This document shows, piece by piece, positions 25,983 through 40,040 of a stretch of 64,000 bases of DNA. The notes under the pieces were generated by a model, which saw nothing but the letters and a program-made list of their open reading frames with translations, did not search any database and was not told the DNA's origin. The stretch is from Tubulanus polymorphus (Eukaryota > Animalia > Nemertea). Both the position numbers and the translations under genes were made by a program. Location of the stretch: contig NC_134033.1 in NCBI RefSeq assembly GCF_964204645.1, positions 14,082,655 through 14,146,654 of the forward strand, given 5' to 3'. Numbering within the stretch: position 1 is the stretch's first letter; each line of letters starts with the position of its first letter.

Positions 25983-27519
25983 AGTGACACCTATCGGCGG
26001 GTTCGGCTGATACTCGATGAAGGCGATGTCGGAGGCGTCATTGTATTATTCCGACAGCCGTTTCTATTTTGCGTTCGTCTCGCGTTGGTCGTCAATCTAC
26101 TGATATTCGATTTTCTGCAAAAAAAGATTCGAAGACGTTTATTTCGGATTTTGTGGGTATTTTCATTAATAAAATGGCGTCACAGCGCGTCATATTGACC
26201 GTAAATCACAAGTGGCCAACTGAGGCCACAGTTGACGTCCAATATGACGTATACGGGTTTTTGGAAAGTTTTGGAACGTCGGAATTATTTTTCAAGGCCT
26301 TACAAAAGTAATTGAAATTTTGTTTTTTTTTCTTTCTCTAAAGGTATGGAAAATCAGAAAATGGTCTCAAAATAAAATGATTATTTAGAATTTTGCCTAA
26401 ATGTCTTACTACGTATTTGATAACAAACTTCATGAAAACACTTTGTCGATGGTAGTATTGATAATTGGCACTTATTTCACTTTGAATTGGCCGACATTAC
26501 CTGTTCTAGGTTGGTCACTGTGTTACTTAGGGGTATGGAAGAGATTTACAATCTCGGTATGAAAAATGAAATTGGGAAACCCGTTAGAACCCTGTGAACA
26601 GAACGCGTGACGTTCGATGATCTGTCTCCACGAAGGGGTTTAAAATTGCAACCTTTCTCGTCCTCGATGATAACGGAACATTCACTGTACAATCAAACCC
26701 GTCATCGCTCAAATCATCTCTTATATTAAATGCCAATTTGCTAGGTATTAGTCGTCATTTGCATAATTCGGATGAATCGTCGACGACATGATATAATGAT
26801 CGCCCCCGAAGACGACGAGTCTGATCGTAAAATCGTACAGAATCTTACCTCGTTTATAAATTCAATAAGATAATCTAATCCTTAAAGCCTCGAAATCCGT
26901 ATTTAATAAACTCGGACCCGCGCGAGTATGTGTGCGTATTCTAAATGTAAAAACTTATCCTCGAAACGTGCGTAGCTTTAATCCCGACTCGGGCAATCGC
27001 CTAAACCATAATCATCCCGAACTTACGAGCTGTAACTTACGTATTGGTGTTTATTAATTTACGGTTATTAGTTCTCGTCTGCGAGGCCTCGAATCCCATC
27101 AATTAAACCCCCTACTCAATGTTAACGCGCTCGTACTATGTTTTTACGACCAGCCCCGATTAATATCTTCATATCACTGGTGCCGTCAACTACGGTCGTC
27201 CTTTGGCGCTGTCGAGGCCGTCGTGATGCATGTTGTTTCCAGGATTTCAAAACGTCTCCGCTGCCGCGCTAATCTCTATAATCTACGCTCTAAGATCGAA
27301 CGCTTCTCTGGTAGTATCTCGTAGTATCTCGTATCTCGTCGACAGCTGACTGAACCGATGACGGCTTTTATTCCGTGAATGGTGTAGTAGTATCTTTATT
27401 TCTATAAACTCGACTGAGATATCCCGTCGAATGTATCCCGTCGACTGACTGTGTGTCGTTTTTATTATCCTGTTAAATTTATCCCATGAACATTATATCC
27501 CGTGATCTGAATCTCCTTA

Positions 27520-27960
27520 ATTCTATCTCGTGAACAATATCTCGTAAAATATATCTCGAGAACAGTATCTCGTGAATTCTATCTCGTGAATTCTATCTCG
27601 CGAACAGTATCTCGTGAAATCTATCTCGTGAACAGTATCTCGTCAATTCTATTTCGTGAATTCTATCTCGTGAAATATATATCGTGAATTCTATCTCGTG
27701 GACAATATCTCGTGAAATCTATCTCGTGTACAGTATCTCGAAAACAGTATCTCGTGAACAGTATCTCGTGAATTCTATCTCGTGAATTCTATCCCGAGAA
27801 CAGTATCTCGTGAACAATATCCCGGAAATTCTATCTCGCAAAATATCTCGAAAAGTGTATCCCAAGAACTGTTTGCACTATCTCTAACCAGTGTCTCGTG
27901 AAGTGTATCTCGCGAAGTTTACTTCGAGAAACTTTTGCGCTATCTCTAACCAGTATCTTG
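27520..27960. repeat. Degenerate 14-bp tandem repeat (tatctcgtgaattc / tatctcgtgaacag)
   Basis: More than 20 visible units with tatctcgtgaa cores. Confidence 0.9.
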
Positions 27961-29813
27961 TATGCGTTTCTCGTAACGCCGGCGTATCCGACGAACACGG
28001 GATCTATAGTTATTAATGATATTTTCGCGTTATCTTACAACGAACTAAGCTCTACTTAGAGGTCTAATCCTCTATTCGCGACGAAGTCTCGTCTGTTCTC
28101 GTCGTGTTCGAGATCGTATCGGTGAACCGCGCGACCGACGCGGATCCGCTACGCGCGTGCGCACACCTATCAGTGTCTGCCGTATAATCTGAAATATAGA
28201 AAATTAATGATCGTTGTAGTAGTTACCTAAATACGAGGATCTAATGCGGATTGCTTATTCCGATAAATTGCCCCGGTAATCATACCGGCATTCATCGATA
28301 AACCATGAACATCGTCATGAAATCCGTTAACACTTCATATCACCGGCTCGGTCAGGTTCGAGGGGCTGCCCCCTACTCAACAAAATTCGGAGATCGGCAT
28401 CCAAAAATGTTGAAAAATATGTGTCGGTTTAAAAAATGTGTTTAGAATGCCTAAAAATGACCTCAGAAGACACTGATATTTTAAGATTTCATATTACTGG
28501 TTGCGCAAGATTCGAAGAGACCAAAGCCCCCCCCCCCCTCAATAGAAAATATTTCTGAGATGCCTCCAAAAATGTTGACAAATTTTTCGTCGACCTTAAA
28601 GACAAAAATTGTTTAGAATGCCTAGAAATGGCCTCAGGAGACACAAATTATAAAAAAATTCTTTAGGAGAGGATATCGTCAGCGCCGGTGACGCGAAAAG
28701 ATGCCCCAACGCTGGCCCTACTTAGATGCGCCCTTGCGAACCCTGTATAATTCTTAAAACGGCTTAAACCTTTGTATAAACAATCTAATAGCATTGATTT
28801 ATTCATTTACGTAGATTAAGGCGAAGCTATTTAAGGTTCGTCATTTTCAGATAGAGACCTCGCCCTTGTAGTTTATTGGCAACGAATTGAATTTTCGATA
28901 AGAATTCACAAGATCGTTCGTTCTGAAGAGAGGGAGGTAATGAGTATAGGTACTCATCTCTCGTACTTTCATCCATAAATGAGTAACTTTTATATCTATT
29001 TCAACAAGTTCCGAAAGGACGCCGGACCCATGCCACTAATCAGTCAGTTTTTAGAAGTGCGTACCTGGTATGTGTTGAAATAACTAGCACAGAAGGGCTA
29101 CTGAACTAAAGCTCGATTTCCAATCCTTTTTTGCTGTATTGGAAGATTGCAAAGATGTGTTCTTTATTTGGAGTTGAATGGACAAAAGTGATTATTTTTT
29201 TGGAAAGAAATTGAGTCGATTTTCTCTGGTTCAACTTTGAGTAAAAGAATGCATTTCGGTGATCGTTCAATGCGGCGCAAAATGTAATAAAGATCGACGT
29301 TTTAGTTCAACTGCTCATCCGCGCTAGTTATTCTAACACGTACCAGGTATATGTGCTACCAGAACTGACTGAGTTACGGCTCTCGGTGTCCGTGCAAACC
29401 GAGTTGAAATAGACATCAGGAATGCACTCCTTTTACCAGGTTTTTGACTTCGACAATTTTCAAATTTGAACGAAGGCGACGATGGTTGGAGCGAAGGCGT
29501 GTACTAACGTTTACGAGTACCCGTACTGGTGGTACTCATTCCAGGCTTTCAACGGGCGATGAGTTAACAGGTATTTACTCTCTCCCTCTCCTCCTCGTGA
29601 GGGATGTACTCGGCGTCGACTCGTAACCGCACTTGGTAATCCTCCCGCGCCCCTGCTCCTCTATCGCGTTCGTTCGACAATTCGTGACATTTAATTATGA
29701 TTTATGTTTTTAAATTATGCAGATCGCAGTGCTGCCGCCGCGGCTGCCGCGCGTGCGTCAAATATCCCGAGATGGATCCACGGGCATTAATTGTGTCGGC
29801 GTTTTTCCAGCAC

Positions 29814-29827
29814 GTTGCCATGGTTAC
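29814..29827. promoter_or_regulatory. RFX X-box-like motif
   Basis: GTTGCCATGGTTAC in a CpG-rich region. Confidence 0.4.
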
Positions 29828-31616
29828 CGATGGAGTCCTCGGCAATTTTCGTACACGTATAACAGACGCGCGTTCCCTCGGCTCGGAATCCGCTCCGGGT
29901 TTCCGGGAACAATGCGCGTCGGTTTTTAGTACTTTTTGAGTATTATTATATTTGCCGAGTCTTGATGAAACACCAGCCGCCCTCACGCGTTAACGCCGAA
30001 CCAGTCGCTTGCCGGTTCAGGCTGGTTGGGAGCCGGTTCGTATGGACCAGGGCCGAAATTTCCAATCATGTACTTCGATTTAAACAAAAAATGCCGTAAA
30101 TTCGACCGTGGATCACTATATCTGTACTAGGATTTCCGATTTCAAAATCAAATCCCCTGTTTCGCTCCCGGCAGGTGTGGGGTGTGGTTCTGTAAGGGAC
30201 GCCAATCAAAACAAACCAAACAATATCTACCAATTGAACAAAAACAGGATCAATCACTATTTTAGCATCAACATTTTCACAACCTGGCTTATATGAGTAA
30301 CGCATACCGTGGGATATCATTGCCGGTCATTTTGTTCAGGAATAACTCTAGATGTTCGACAATATCAAGCGATATGTTGTAATTTTCAAGGCGTCACTAG
30401 ACTTTCTCAGTTTCATAGTTGACAGATTTTCTTTCTGTGTATCGTCGGAATTTTTTTCTCTCCTTCTAACCGCATTTTCCGAGTTTCTCGTATCAAATAT
30501 GCAATGAGCTGTTCGGCGTGGTTGTGAAGGGTTCGTCACGCGGTTAGCGGTGGTGTGACGGGTGTCGGGCCTTCGAAGAAAAGGCGTCATGTATTTCACA
30601 ACGCGCCGCGCGTATCGCTATTCCGCGGAAGAAACACGTCCGAGTGCCCGCACTCGAAGTCTGTGACTAATAAAAGTACCTCTCAAAATACGTACTTTCG
30701 TTTGTTCGGTTCTTCGCGGCTCGTAATTAATTTTCGCCGAGTGCAGCCCGCGTGCGTACTACAGCGTGTTGTTGAGATGAATATAATTGCAGTTCGCGAG
30801 GTCAGCAAAACCCGAAGCCCGAACCCCGAACCTCTTTTTTTCGTCATCATTTATTACTTTAAAAGAGGGACCTGTTTTATGTTAGTTTCTATACAGGCCT
30901 CTCCAAGTCTGATATTTTTGTTTGATTTGTGTATTTATTTATTATAGTGCCATGTACATCTTATATGAAAATAAACAGATTTAGTACCCAGCCCTAATTG
31001 AGACTTATAGATAACTTTACACTAACTGATGACATGATATTACGAATATACATATATATGCATATACATATAAACACATACACGCGTATAAAGATATTTC
31101 TACAAAATTGATGGTTACAAAATTGGGTTCGAAAGTAAATTGCTTTTACTTTCTTAATACTGTATTTTGTATACACGAGAGGTTATATTAATTCAGCCAA
31201 AGATCTAAAGATCTCGCGTATCTGGTGCCAGATTTTCAGAAGAATCGTGAAATCTTGTACGCGAGATCTTCTCTCGTTTGCTTAATTGAAAATGTGCCTC
31301 GTAAACGTGGAGTAAATTGGTCGAGGGTCGTTTGACTAATACTAGCGTAGATCTCTGCCTATACGAAAAACTGGGCCGATTATGGATTAGCGATATTCTC
31401 GCGACATCTGACAAACTTTCCAAATGCGTACTTAATACATGTATATAAGTAGACCGCGCCTGGCAGTCGGGCAGGAATTATGTGGGTTTTGAGGGTTAAA
31501 ACAATTAATGTCTAGTAGCCTGGAGAGGCCCATATGGCGAGGAGTTATTCTTCACTGTATTAAGCACTATCAATAAACATCGTCGTCTATAGCTGCTTGA
31601 TTGTCCCCGAAGAGAA

Positions 31617-31831
31617 GGCTCTCTCTTCTCTCTCTCTCCTCTCTTTTCTCTTTCCTCCCCTCTCTCTCTCCCCCACTCTCTCCCTTCACACTCTCTTCTC
31701 CCCTCCTATCTCTTCTCTCTCTCCCTTTCTCCTACCCTCCCACTCCTCTCCTCCACTCTCTCACACTCTATTCTCCCTCTCTCCCTGTCTCCCTTCCTCT
31801 CACTCCTCTCTCTCCCTCTCTCCTCTCTCCC
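31617..31831. repeat. Pyrimidine-rich (CT) low-complexity tract
   Basis: Predominantly C/T on the plus strand. Confidence 0.85.
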
Positions 31832-33686
31832 TAGGTCTGTGCGCGCGGTATATAAATATCGGCCACCGGAATGACTTGTGTTTTATGTTAACATGAGCTC
31901 TTTCGCTTATCTAAATGGGTATTAACCCGGCCACGCGAGGCATTTCAGTAATTTGTCGTTAAGCTCGCTAAAAGCTCCTCTTTCCAATATAGATAGATCT
32001 GCGATGGATGTTACTGATAGCGAACATCGTTTGTTCGTCTGCTGTTTGCGATGCTGCGGCGGCGGTGATGATGACGTAATTTCGTCTGCCATTGTTATAC
32101 CTCACCGAAAAGAACCATACGTTCGGTAGCGCACTTCGATTGCAAAATCGAATACCCAGTTTCATTTTCGGTAGCCGTGTGACTGGTGGGTTCGTAACGT
32201 ACACATCTTCACCCGTCAAGGGATTCGAACCCACTACGCTAAAGCTGTTCCCCGAACCCCTTGACCTCACGAGTCGTTGGAGTCGTTACTAACCGACCAG
32301 AATCCGGTCGTACCAATCACAGCGCTTGTAACAAACCGACAGTAGACTTCTGTTGGTTTTCCCGTTAAATGGACCAATCAGCGAACGTTTTACCGAACAA
32401 GGAAGTATTTCGCAAATCGATATATGACGGTACGCGCAACAGCGCCAGTAATGAAATCACGCTTCGTGAGGCCAGGGGGCTGGTGGAAGCGAGTTCGGGA
32501 GTGATACTGGACCCCTGGCAAGCGAGGATGTAAGGTACACGGAATCCAATCCAATCTACCGCTCCCATTGATAATAGTGCCAATCCCGGTTTCGAGATCA
32601 AAATATCGCAAGTGCATCCGATTTGTTTGTGTCGCTTTACGTCATTCGGGTCCTGGTTTCCCGAGACTAACACCCGATTGGATCATTCACATGTAACCTC
32701 AAACGACGGGACGACCTTTGAAGTGTCGCCCTCGCACTGTAAGCAGCCAGCAGGACTCGAACCCACTTGTCAGTCAGCACGGAATGCAACAGCATCATAC
32801 TTCATCCCACTTCTTCCCATTTTACCCGTCTCGTTCATGGCAGGTGTGACAGTTTGTACGGGAAACGAAAGCATGAAATCAATTCATAGGGGCGATCATT
32901 CCTATTTTCCAAAGTCAAGATCGCGAGTATTAACGCGAGATCTATAAGGGACAAGACTCGAGCGACTACTAGCGACACCTAGCGGGTCCTCGCTTGCCAC
33001 AAGTTGAAAGCGCTCCTTATAATCGCTGCGCGAAAAGAACCGGCTACCGCAGTGTTGTCGGTATAAAAGAAAATGACCTGTTAACGGTTTGAATTCGACC
33101 GCGTGGACTGTTGAACCGACCCAGTCGAATGGTTATACAGCGGTTGCGGTAGATATTCCGATCGCGTTGGCGCGTTAATCGGCGCAGTCGTTCTCGTCTG
33201 ATCCGAGCCACGTCGTTATTTTATCGGCGGTGAAATCCTCGTTTATTCGCCGCGTACGGAGACGCAGACGGAGACGGGGAGAGAGAGTTAACCGAACGTA
33301 GTTGAATTCATCGTGATCGCGCAGTCCCCCGGGCTGTCATTCTCTCTCTCTACGCTTATAGATCACTTGCAGTGAATAGGAAATATTCAATGAATACGAT
33401 GACGCTGAGACGCTCTATCTCTGCCACCAGCACCAGCAGCACCGCCTCCGCCGTTGTTTACTATTACTGCCTGCTAGACTCTTGTCGTAGTAACGGTTGT
33501 AATTTTTCGTAGCGTTAACTCTTTACCTTTCACCAGTCAGTTCCACCGCCAGGCCGGCACTTCCACCTACCAACGAGTCAATTCCACAACCTACCATGCG
33601 GTCAGTTCCACCACCCACCAGTCAATTCCACCACCCACTAGTCAGTTCTCCCAGCGTCACCAAACCGTTTTCTAGATATTAGTAAC

Positions 33687-34052
33687 ATCTGAACCCAGTT
33701 CCTCCACCAAAGTTTGTGTGGGCTTGATTTGATTGTGAACCCAGTTCCTCCACAGTTTGTGTGGGCTTGATTTGATTGTGAACCCAGTTCCTCCACAGTT
33801 GTGTGGGCTTGATTTGATTGTGAACCCAGTTCCTCCACAGTTTGTGTGGGTTTGATTTGATTCTGAACCCAGTTTCTCCCCAAAGTTTGTGTGGGCTCGA
33901 TTTGATTCTGAACCCAGTTCCTCCACAGTTGTGTGGGTTCGATTGGATTCTGAACCCAGTTCCTCCACAGTTGTGTGGGTTCGATTGGATTCTGAACCCA
34001 GTTCCTCCACAGTGTTGTGTGGGTTTAATTTGAATCCGACTCGGTTCCACAA
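33687..34052 (+). repeat. ~42-bp minisatellite (ccagttc(ct)ccacagttgtgtggg...ttgatt) of a dispersed family
   Basis: About 8-9 visible tandem units. Related arrays at 39390-40040, 42625-42840, 43525-43912, 53855-54015 and 61790-62075. Confidence 0.9.
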
Positions 34053-34789
34053 AAGTGTGGCTTTAACATGGCGATCCTGTTCTGTATCAGTGTATTGAAG
34101 GTCTATTGGGAACCTGGATCCAGCGTTCAACAGCATCTCAGAGAACTTCGAGCATCCAAAATGGCCCTCGTGAATCCGGCCTTTTTGTAAGTCACTTCGG
34201 GCAAAGAACAAATATATCTTAAGCGTACGGCCGGGCTTATAAATCTTGTGACGTGGGCGGCAGCTCGTACTGGCATTAAAACAATTATTCATTCAGATAT
34301 ACGTGTACGCACACGCACGGCGAAGCTATTACCTGAATCTTAGAGCGAGCGAGAGAGAGAAAATGTCATTAATTATTCACATTCTATGATCGTCGTGTAT
34401 TTTGTAGCGTTTTAAGATTTTCGTATTAATTCATTGATAGTCACGCGCGCCGTTCGTGCAACAGCTTGGTTTCGCTCGTCAGTAACAACGAATGGCGTCT
34501 TGTTTAGATTTCAGAATAATATCGGTAGACTGTGTTTAATAGACGCTTTCGACCGTGGACAAGTTCCACTCTAATAGATGTTACTGATGCGTTACCCACG
34601 AGTTCGCTGCTACCAGATCGAAAATTTAAGATTATCGGTTTCTATCGACCAGCAACCGTCTATAAAGATAACCGAAGAAAAAGAAAATGTTTTTTTTTCT
34701 TTTAGTCAGATTACTTTTGGATCTTGAATATTTGTCCGATTCGAGGGCAATATCCGGGTTGGATGAGTAGACATCGGATCTTTTTTGGA

Positions 34790-36228
34790 CTCTGAATGAT
34801 ACAGTAGACTTCGCTCAAGTCAGATCTTTCGACCAACCAAAGAGTGATATCTGAGTTGAATGGTACAGTAGACTCTGCTCAAGTCAGATCTTTGGACCAA
34901 CCAAAGAGTGATATCTGAGTTGGATGATACAGTAGACTCTGCTCAAGTCAGATCTTTTGACCAACCAAAGAGTGATATCTGAGTTGAATGGTACAGTAGA
35001 CTCTGCTCAAGTCAGATCTTTGGACCAACCAAAGAGTGATATCTGAGTTGAATGGTACAGTAGACTCTGCTCAAGTCAGATCTTTGGACCAACCAAAGAG
35101 TGATATCTGAGTTGAATGGTACAGTAGACTCTGCTCAAGTCAGATCTTTGGACCAACCAAAGAGTGATATCTGAGTTGAATGGTACAGTAGACTCTGCTC
35201 AAGTCAGATCTTTGGACCAACCAAAGAGTGATATCTGAGTTGAATGGTACAGTAGACTCTGCTCAAGTCAGATCTTTGGACCAACCAAAGAGTGATATCT
35301 GAGTTGAATGGTACAGTAGACTCTGCTCAAGTCAGATCTTTGGACCAACCAAAGAGTGATATCTGAGTTGGATGATACAGTAGACTCCGCTCAAGTCAGA
35401 TCTTTTGACCAACCAAAGAGTGATATCTGAGTTGGATGATACAGTAGACTCCGCTCAAGTCAGATCTTTTGACCAACCAAAGAGTGATATCTGAGTTGGA
35501 TGGTGCAGTAGACTCCGCTCAAGTCAGATCTTTTGACCAACCAAAGAGTGATATCTGAGTTGGATGGTACAGTAGACTTCGCTCAAGTCAGATCTTTTGA
35601 CCAACCAAAGAGTGATATCTGAGTTGGATGGTACAGTAGACTCCGCTCAAGTCAGATCTTTTGACCAACCAAAGAGTGATATCTGAGTTGGATGGTGCAG
35701 TAGACTCCGCTCAAGTCAGATCTTTTGACCAACCAAAGAGTGATATCTGAGTTGGATGGTACAGTAGACTCCGCTCAAGTCAGATCTTTTGACCAACCAA
35801 AGAGTGATATCTGAGTTGGATGGTACTGTAGACGCCGCTCAAGTCAGATCTTTTGACCAACCAAAGAGTGATATCTGAGTTGGATGGTGCAGTAGACTCC
35901 GCTCAAGTCAGATCTTTTGACCAACCAAAGAGTGATATCTGAGTTGGATGGTACAGTAGACTCCGCTCAAGTCAGATCTTTTGACCAACCAAAGAGTGAT
36001 ATCTGAGTTGGATGGTACAGTAGACTCCGCTCAAGTCAGATCTTTGGACCAACCAAAGAGTGATATCTGAGTTGGATGGTACAGTAGACTCCGCTCAAGT
36101 CAGATCTTTTGACCAACCAAAGAGTGATATCTGAGTTGGATGGTACAGTAGACTCCGCTCAAGTCAGATCTTTTGACCAACCAAAGAGTGATATCTGAGT
36201 TGGATGGTGCAGTCGACTCCACTCAAGT
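34790..36228. repeat. 64-bp tandem satellite, ~22 copies
   Basis: Unit cagatcttt(t/g)gaccaaccaaagagtgatatctgagttg(g/a)atggtacagtagactc(c/t)gctcaagt. The cagatct starts run from 34821 to 36165 at an exact 64-bp period. Confidence 0.97.
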
Positions 36229-39200
36229 TGTAACTATTTTGGACCTTGGACATTATTGTCCCGACCTGCGCGGAATATCCGAGATTGATAGTGCAGCAAT
36301 TGACCCTGCTCTCAAAAGAGCTCCATTTTTTTCGACTGCGAAAATTCGCATCACTTGTGAGTGATATCCGCACGGAACGAACAGTAGAACTGCGCTCGAA
36401 TTAGATTTTTTTTCAAAGACTTGAAAGCACTTTATTCCCCAGCCGACCCTTATAGTTCATATGTGGTATATATACATGTTATGTAACGACGACCTTGAAT
36501 GCTTGAATATAGAATAGCATTTAGTAATGCGATTATGAAACAAAGCGAAAATTAATATCACGGATCATATATTTGCATTATCTCGTCAGATATCAAGATT
36601 TATTTCGTTAGATATCAAGATTTGTGTCGAGATATTTTTTATTCCAAGATACACGTATCATGTCTATCTGATGAGAAAAAAAAAATTTCTCTGAAAAAAG
36701 ATTGTTTCGCTTCGACCGATTTCCGAAAACGGTCAATTTTTACCGTCGATATTTTCACATATATCCCTTATCATAATGTAATTCGACCTTTTTCTTTAAG
36801 TTAGAACGCAAATATTTATCAACGGCCCAAATCCTTACCTTCACTTCGATTTTTCTCGTGAAATCGGTAAAAAATTTGAATTTATCGATATTCTAACTTT
36901 CACCTCTTTAGCTCTATCACCCCCTTTAAACATATTATAATCCGTTCATGCAAATATTAATATTTCGCCAAAATGAAAATAAACAATTCTGTAATTCTTG
37001 TTTTTTCTAATTTTTTTTCCCGACGCATATAGAATCTTAAGATGAAAAAAAAAGAAATGTTTCAACCCCACCGAATCTCGAGCCCCTAAAATAACAACCT
37101 ATATGTGCCAAGACGCTGGATATGACATATTAAAACTAGACAAAATTTCTTGCCTGACAATTATTTTCCGTTGGTTTTTGTCCGACGGATAGTCTCGTCG
37201 AGTCGTCGATATCGTCGCCGAGATGTTGGTGGTGATGACGACGCCGCTGCTGAAGGGAGATGCTGGATATCCGCTGCTGCAGCATGGAATCCGGCGTATC
37301 CTTCTGCCTTCATCGGCTATGCAGCAGTAACCGTAGTAACCGAATCAGTACATATTATTCCCTGACAACGACGCGCGCGGAGCTAGTCATCAACATCTCT
37401 TGAAGGGGCGATGCTGATGCTGATGCTGCTGTTGCGATGAATTCTGTGCATACTACGTGCTGCATGCATGACGCTCTCTCTCTTTCAGGTTCCCGGTCAT
37501 AATTTTCTTGCTTGCAGATTTTTATCGCTCGTCTGTCGTTCGTTCGTTCGTTCGTTCGTTACAGATGATTCCGTAATAATTGATTTTTCTGTCATCGTCT
37601 TCGCGTTTCGTCGAAGATGCGCCGCTGCATTATAGTATACGACGCATTATACAGCACGTGCGCAGACGACGAAATTCGAATTTCAAATCCAACCGATTTC
37701 AACGGCCGTAAATCCGAAATCGTATTCGTACGCGCCATCCGCGGAGTAATGAATTAGTCTTTTTTAAAGCGTCGACTTGTTAAAACCGAAACTGCGGAAA
37801 TTGGTTTTAAGTCAGTCAGGATGAAACCCGCGGAATCAAATCCACAGATCAGCACAACCGTAAATCCACAACTGGGGTGAGATTCTCACCCAGTTCGATT
37901 AAACCCACAGAGTCAAATCAAGTCCGCATCATGACTAAAACATACAACCCACCAGGGATCCAGGTGGTACTTTCGATAGAGCACCCTCAACAAAATATCC
38001 ATGTTGACTAAAAAACTTTAATACCTGATGGGGCAGCAGATGGTAGAATTTTAGTAAAATATAGGATGTTCAGAAGGGAAACGTGGAGAATGCATGAATT
38101 TTTACCAAATCTTCAGAGCATTTCGAAAAAAATCCTCAATTCTCAGTTTTTGAGCCGGGTATCGTTCTAATTCGGTTAGCGGCTGCCTGATACCAGATCT
38201 AACCGCTAATTGAAAGCTTTATCGATGTTAAATGTAGGGTTATCGAGGTCTTAATTGTATTTGATAATTCAATAGATAGAGATAATGAAGGAGAGGACGC
38301 AGGTGACAGGTGAATACGAGATCAGTATTATTAAATGCGCGGATCAATTATATATCGGAAATATCGATTATCGATTTCACTGATACAATAGTCGTCTGCG
38401 ACGACGGGTTTCCGTCGAGATTGAATTTTCGAAAAAAAAAGAATCTGGAATGTTACATCGAGCTATAATATTCACTCGACGTTTCGACTTTATCTAGATA
38501 GAATTTAAAGACTATTGGAAGACTGCAAAATTTCGGAAGATTTTCGATACACCTATACGGCTTTTTGGACGGCATTTTGTCTGATTTTTGGAACGACTCT
38601 CGGCACTATTTCCGGTATATCCTCATCACGTTTTTAGTACGCACGAATGAGACATAATTGCGGACGCAATCGGCACATCTTTGGGTCAGCCTCATCACAA
38701 AAAAGGCATAATACTTAACTTATAACAAAATCATGCGATTTATTATTCAGAACAAATAGATTTATCAAGTAAGAAAATGTGCTGTAGTCGATCCTGTTTT
38801 TCATAGTATGGGATTCTGTATTATATAGTCAGGGAGCCTTGGATTGTCCTCAAGTCTTTGTTCCAGCCGTACAGTATAGTATATTTTTGCCGTACATACC
38901 ACAAAAAATGTACCTATTGGTGTAGTTTAACTAGTAATGGTAAAAAATATTACTGAAGTATATTGTCAATGAATTGGCCCACGTTGATGGAACTGTGGGT
39001 GCCTGCTCGATGAAAAACGCTGGCCAATCCGGATATTCTAGTGAAAATAGATACGGCGCTATTAGTAACCGTTCCGTACCAGTCTCTGTGTACGTAAGGG
39101 CCGGTGAAATATCGATAGGGTTTCTCAATAACGTGTTTTATATAACGTATTCGCAGCGGGGGTTCCTTATATACGAGATAACCAGACCGTATTTCCTAGT

Positions 39201-39389
39201 AATACATTCGCTGAGAGACGCGTGTTTTCATTTTTCCCCGAGTAATTAATAAAACCATTTGCGCAAAAATAGACGCTTGTCAATAATAAGTATATGTTAT
39301 ATCGCGGTTAGCTAGCCGCGTTTGAGAGTGGTCTAATTTGTCTCTGAACGGTTCCGTGTCGAATTATATGCGTTAGCCGATAACCGGCA

Positions 39390-40040
39390 ATCTGAACCCA
39401 GTTCCACGAGTTGTGTCGTGGGTATAATCTAAGCTCAGTTTCAGGGTCGTGTTGTTTCGATTTGGTTCTGGATCCAGTTCCACAGTTCTTGTGGGTTTAG
39501 GTTCAGCTGGATCCAATTCTACGGTTTTGTCGACTCAATTTGGCTCGCGACCCAGTTTCACAGTTGTATGATAGACCCTGGGTCTAATTCCACACTTGTA
39601 TGGATTCAATTTGGCTCTGGATCCAATTTCACAGTGTTGTGGGCTAAATTAGATTTTGGATACAATTCCAAAGATTGTGTGGGTTCAATTTTATTCTGGA
39701 CCAGGTTCTGGATCTAGAAACAAATTCAACCCACGCAACAGCTGTGGAACTGGATCCGGAGACAAATTTAACCCACACAACTGTGGAACTGGATCCTGAG
39801 ACAAATTTAACCCACACAACTGTGGAACTGGATCCTGAGACAAATTTAACCCACACAACTGTGGAACTGGATCCAGAGTCAAATTAAGCCCTCACAAGTG
39901 GAACTGGGTCCAGATTTAAGAAACCCACGTCGATAAGAATGATCCAATTCCCAAAATTGTGTGGATTCAATTTTATTCAGGACCAAATTCCACACAGTGT
40001 ATGGGTTAAAATCTCCCAATTCCACATTCATAGGTTGAGT
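39390..40040. repeat. ~39-bp minisatellite family array with orientation switches
   Basis: ctggatccagttccacagttgtgtggg units run forward to ~39705, reverse-complement 39705-39930, then forward again. Confidence 0.85.

Noticed and set aside
33638-34292. Repetitive ORFs (TVEELGSESN etc.), also at 39644-39887 and 43492-43842
   Set aside because: By-products of the minisatellite period, with no splice or domain support.
34790-36228. Possible CRISPR array
   Set aside because: Units repeat in full with no unique spacers, there are no cas genes, and the context is eukaryotic.
37150-37365. GC-rich candidate exon (minus, MLQQRISS...; GC donor)
   Set aside because: Could not be joined in frame to any gene; may be UTR or regulatory.
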